Below are positions 60,596 through 64,000 of a stretch of DNA of 64,000 nucleotides, piece by piece (within the stretch, counting starts at the first letter, position 1; the number at the start of each line of letters is the position of its first letter). The translations under genes and the position numbers were made by a program. The notes beneath the pieces were generated by a model. The model worked only from the letters and a program-made list of their open reading frames with translations. It did no database searches and was not told the DNA's origin. The stretch lies in NCBI GenBank assembly GCA_963715335.1, contig CAVQRZ010000014.1, positions 128,001 to 192,000 on the forward strand. The letters are read 5' to 3'. The DNA comes from an uncultured delta proteobacterium. Lineage in GTDB: Bacteria; Desulfobacterota; Desulfuromonadia; Desulfuromonadales; BM103.

Positions 60596-60702
60596 GCAAC
60601 TGCCCGATCCGGTGTCGGATCGGCATGACACGTAAATAAACAATCACACAGGGGTTCCCCTCTAAATTAACAAGAGTCACAAGCTCAGGAGGAAAGAAGT
60701 CA

Positions 60703-60963
60703 ATGGCAGTAAAAATCAGGCTGGCCCGCGGTGGCGCCAAGAAGAAAGCTTTTTACCAGGTTGTTGTTGCGGACGAGCGGTTCCCCCGTGACGGCCGTTT
60801 TATTGAAAAACTGGGGCAATACGATCCGAAGCAGGATCCCCCAATATTCAACGTTGTTGAAGAGCGGACCCTTGAGTGGCTGAACAAAGGTGCTCAGCCG
60901 ACCGACACGGTTCGTCAGTTGCTGCGCAAGCAGGGGATCTGGGCCAAGTTCAAGCAGGCTTAA
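60703..60963 (+). CDS. rpsP: 30S ribosomal protein S16
   Basis: [27 protein letters not shown]. Confidence 0.98.
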   Translation: MAVKIRLARGGAKKKAFYQVVVADERFPRDGRFIEKLGQYDPKQDPPIFNVVEERTLEWLNKGAQPTDTVRQLLRKQGIWAKFKQA

Positions 60964-61022
60964 ATCCCTGAGCTTTTGCGGCGCCCGAGGAAGTTGACTC
61001 CTGTCAACAAAGGAAGGACGCC

Positions 61023-61256
61023 ATGAAAGAGCTCATCGAATTCATCGCCAAAGCTCTGGTGGACAATCCGGACGCGATCACCGTCACTGAAGAGGTGGAC
61101 GTCGGCGGTACGGTTCTCGTCAAGCTGGCTGCTGCCCAGGAGGACATGGGACGCATCATCGGCAAGCAGGGGCGAACGGCCAAGGCCATGCGTACCCTGC
61201 TGAACGCCAAGGCGACACGCGAGAACAAGAGAGCTGTGCTGCAGATCCTGGAATGA
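61023..61256 (+). CDS. khpA: KH-domain RNA-binding protein
   Basis: LVDNPD, DMGRIIGKQGRTAKAMRT; conserved position between rpsP and rimM. Confidence 0.93.
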   Translation: MKELIEFIAKALVDNPDAITVTEEVDVGGTVLVKLAAAQEDMGRIIGKQGRTAKAMRTLLNAKATRENKRAVLQILE

Positions 61257-61795
61257 TGAAAGACAAGTCGGAAGATTTGCTGGAAGTGGGTGTCGTCGTC
61301 GGCACTCACGGTCTCAAGGGCGACCTGAAAATTCGACCATTGCCGACCGGGGGCTTGGCTTTGCCGGGTGCCCGAACGGTTTATCTCAGAGACAGCGAGG
61401 GCCTCCTGGTCCGACACGAAGCTGTCCGCTCCTCTCCCCATAAGCAGAATATCCTGTTGAGGCTCTCCGGATTGGAGAACCTCATCGCAGTGCAAGGCCT
61501 GGTCGGGGCATACGTGCTGATGGCTAACGTCGACCTTCCGGAATTGGAGGATGACCAGTTCTACTGGTCCGAACTGGAAGGCATGACCGTGGTCGATCGT
61601 CAGCACGGCGAGATCGGTCAGGTCGTCGGCATGTTCAGCACTCCGGCACACGATATTATTGAAATCGAGGGCCCGGCAGGAGAAATCCTGGTCCCGGCTG
61701 TCGAGCCTTTCCTGGTGGAGCTTGATCGCGACAAGCAGCGTCTGCATGTTGATCTGCCGGAAGGGCTGATCCCGGATGCTGATGACAGTCTCTGA
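61253..61795 (+). CDS. rimM: Ribosome maturation factor RimM
   Basis: GTHGLKG, FYWSELEG, ILVPAV, LPEGL. Confidence 0.95.
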   Translation: MMKDKSEDLLEVGVVVGTHGLKGDLKIRPLPTGGLALPGARTVYLRDSEGLLVRHEAVRSSPHKQNILLRLSGLENLIAVQGLVGAYVLMANVDLPELEDDQFYWSELEGMTVVDRQHGEIGQVVGMFSTPAHDIIEIEGPAGEILVPAVEPFLVELDRDKQRLHVDLPEGLIPDADDSL

Positions 61796-61820
61796 TGTCT
61801 AAGTCGACGAATCGAAAACA

Positions 61821-61939
61821 TGGCCACCAGGTCGCAAAGACACGAAAACCACACATTAAAGTGTTGGCGTTATAAAAATCGAAGTGAGAAAATTTCTGAG
61901 CCGGTCTGGCTGTCTTGGTGTCTCCGTGCCTTGGTGGCT
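61821..61939. repeat. REP-like inverted repeat inserted between rimM and trmD
   Basis: Left arm GGCCACCAGGTCGCAAAGACACGAAAAC; right arm GTCTTGGTGTCTCCGTGCCTTGGTGGCT. Confidence 0.65.
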
Positions 61940-61975
61940 CCAACCACCCTTTAACCCTGTTGCAGTGATAAACTT

Positions 61976-62720
61976 ATGCGTTTCGATATCCTGACTCTTT
62001 TCCCGGCCATGTTTGAAGGCCCTTTCCAGGCGAGTATCCTCGGCAAGGCGGTTGACAAGGGGTTGATCACTGTCAACCTGCACAACTTGCGCGATTGGGC
62101 GGAAGGCCGGCACCAGGTAACGGATGACACCCCTTACGGCGGCGGTGACGGCATGGTCATGAAGGTTGATCCGATCGCCCTTGCCCTGGCCGACCTGAAA
62201 AAGCAGACCCCGCAATCCCGCGTCCTGCTCATGTCGCCGCAGGGACGACCTTTCCGGCAGACCGATGCCGAACGCTATAGCGAGGGAGTCCGGGTTGGTT
62301 TTTGTCTGCGGCCGTTACGAGGGCTACGACGAGAGGGTCCGGTCACTGGTTGATGATGAAGTCTCCCTGGGTGATTTTGTCCTGACCGGCGGCGAATTGG
62401 CGGCGGCGGTGGTTCTCGATGCGACGGCACGCTTGGTGCCGGGAGTTCTCGGCGCTCCGGGCAGTGCCCTGACGGACAGTTTCAGCGATGGACTGCTCGA
62501 GTATCCGCAATACACGCGTCCGGCAGAATTCAACGGCATGTGCGTCCCTGAAGTCCTGCTCTCCGGCAACCACCAGGCGATTGCCCGGTGGCGACGCCGC
62601 GAACAGCTTCGACGCACCCTGGAGCGTCGACCGGAACTGCTTGATAAGGCCCCTTTGACCACCGACGATCGACGTTTTCTCGAAGAGTTGCGGCTCTTGT
62701 CAGGAAAGCAGACCACGTAA
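61976..62720 (+). CDS. trmD: tRNA (guanine37-N1)-methyltransferase; single frameshift near 62280, likely a sequencing error
   Basis: [51 protein letters not shown]. Confidence 0.95.
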
Positions 62721-63292
62721 TGCTCAAGCCGATGGCGATTGCTCTGGTGCACCACCCGGTCCTGGACCGACGCGGTGATGTGGTGACGTCCGCGGTCACC
62801 AACCTGGACATCCATGATCTGGCCCGCCTGGCAACGACTTACGGCCTGTGCCGCTATTATATTGTGACTCCCGCCGTTGAACAGCAACTCCTTACCGCCC
62901 GGATTGTCAAGCATTGGCAGGAAGGGTATGGCGCCAGCTACAACCCTGACCGGCGTCGCGCCCTCGACTGCCTGCAGGTGATGAATAGCCTTGATGCTGC
63001 CTTTGCAGACTGGTACTCCCTGAATGGACAGGAAGGGGTCGTCGTCCTGACCGGTGCCGGCCACGAGAACGGCATCGACTACGCGGACGCGAGAGGGCTG
63101 GCTGCACGACAGCCCGTGTTGCTGGTCTTCGGTACCGGACATGGTTTGGCCAAGGAGCTGTACACGTCTGAACGTCCCTGCCTGGCCCCGGTTCGGGCTG
63201 GTCGTTACAATCATCTCTCTGTGCGCACTGCTGCCGCGGTTGTCATCGACCGGTTGCTCGGCGAACAGGATTCGACCCAGCCCCTGCCATAG
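62720..63292 (+). CDS. SPOUT-class RNA methyltransferase (trmD-associated family)
   Basis: LVHHPV, TSAVTNLDIHDLAR, FGTGHGL, YNHLSVR. Confidence 0.88.
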   Translation: MLKPMAIALVHHPVLDRRGDVVTSAVTNLDIHDLARLATTYGLCRYYIVTPAVEQQLLTARIVKHWQEGYGASYNPDRRRALDCLQVMNSLDAAFADWYSLNGQEGVVVLTGAGHENGIDYADARGLAARQPVLLVFGTGHGLAKELYTSERPCLAPVRAGRYNHLSVRTAAAVVIDRLLGEQDSTQPLP

Positions 63293-63372
63293 CCTCAGCA
63301 GTTTTCAAAGCGCCGTGCATGCCCGTATGGCATGAGGTACAATGCTTACACCTTGAAGGCTGGAGGATGGAT

Positions 63373-64000
63373 ATGTTCAGGAGCCTGTTGCTTGCCGTTC
63401 TGGTGTCGTCCCTGTTTACGGCCTCTTCTGCCGCTGGCGGCATCACTGTTGCCAAGGACCTGGTCTTTACCCTCGATCCTGTCGACGGCTGGACGGTGTA
63501 CCTGGCCGATCCGCCCGAGGCGCTGGTGCAGGAGATGGCTCGTCACGTCGCCCATGAACCTGCAGCAGCCAAAGCGACACCGGAGCAGATTGAGATAGTC
63601 GCCCGCAAGAGGCTGGCGACGAATGAAGCGATCGTCTACCATGCCTCCAGCGGTGCGCACCTCGATATCGACTTCAGCCCGCTTGATGAAGGGGCGTCGG
63701 CTCCGAGCTCCGGGGCGCTGAAAAATTCTGCAGAATACGCCGCCCGCAGCCTGGCAATAGAGAATGATGTGTCAGACGCTGTATGGGACGTCAAGGCAGT
63801 CAAGTTTGATGGTGCAGGGGACACATACCTGCTCTCGGTGAAATTTCTGAAACATGGCGTCCCGATGATTTTCCGGGGCTACGTCGGTACGGTTGAAAGG
63901 TCCTGGTTCTTCCTCTATTTTACGGCTCCCGAAGATGCCCCGCGGGTCCTGCAGGAGATGGAGTCGATGCTCGCAAACGCATCGATTCGTATTGTCGGGC
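63373..64000 (+). CDS. Exported hypothetical protein, running to the window edge
   Basis: GGAGG RBS, signal peptide MFRSLLLAVLVSSLFTASSAAG, open frame to 64000. Confidence 0.75.
   Translation, partial: MFRSLLLAVLVSSLFTASSAAGGITVAKDLVFTLDPVDGWTVYLADPPEALVQEMARHVAHEPAAAKATPEQIEIVARKRLATNEAIVYHASSGAHLDIDFSPLDEGASAPSSGALKNSAEYAARSLAIENDVSDAVWDVKAVKFDGAGDTYLLSVKFLKHGVPMIFRGYVGTVERSWFFLYFTAPEDAPRVLQEMESMLANASIRIVG

Noticed and set aside
61976..62720. trmD split as programmed frameshift or pseudogene
   Set aside because: trmD is essential and single-base indels occur in many genes in this window, so a sequencing error is the simplest explanation. For the same reason the other frameshifts are not treated as biology.
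1..64000. CRISPR arrays, tRNA/rRNA genes, transposases, integrases and prophage genes
   Set aside because: None recognised by eye or in the ORF track.

Overview
A 64-kb chromosomal stretch from a GC-rich anaerobic deltaproteobacterium. Desulfuromonadales/Geobacteraceae-like is an inference from the many sigma-54 activators, the extended ActP and the ffh-rpsP-KH-rimM-trmD-SPOUT order. The assembly is indel-prone: even the essential trmD is frameshifted, so most split genes are probably sequence errors. Main content: (1) 1-16.9 kb, a sigma-54-controlled imino-acid catabolic island: Liv-type ABC transporter, SDR, AKR, fused L-serine dehydratase, OCD/mu-crystallin reductase, Cys/Thr proline-racemase-family 3-hydroxyproline dehydratase, the glycyl radical enzyme HypD with its activase, P5C dehydrogenase and proline dehydrogenase, with no proC in the window. 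(2) 17-26.5 kb, an ANKH-like MOP transporter, a two-component system, a second Liv-type locus, MoaD and a truncated AOR, interrupted by a C-free/AT-only stretch. (3) 26.5-41.5 kb, a candidate envelope-remodelling regulon: LtaS-family enzyme, EptA, a sensor kinase/sigma-54 regulator, and a YceI - type III PKS - MMPL - exported protein - UbiE-like methyltransferase - flavin monooxygenase operon, linked by a duplicated promoter block and TGTACA-N6-TGTACA boxes. (4) actP, a MITE-like element, trpS, mscS, and three attC-like sites without an integrase (CALIN) ending in a collapsed toxin-antitoxin pair. (5) Housekeeping genes lon, polA, ffh, rpsP, khpA, rimM and trmD.
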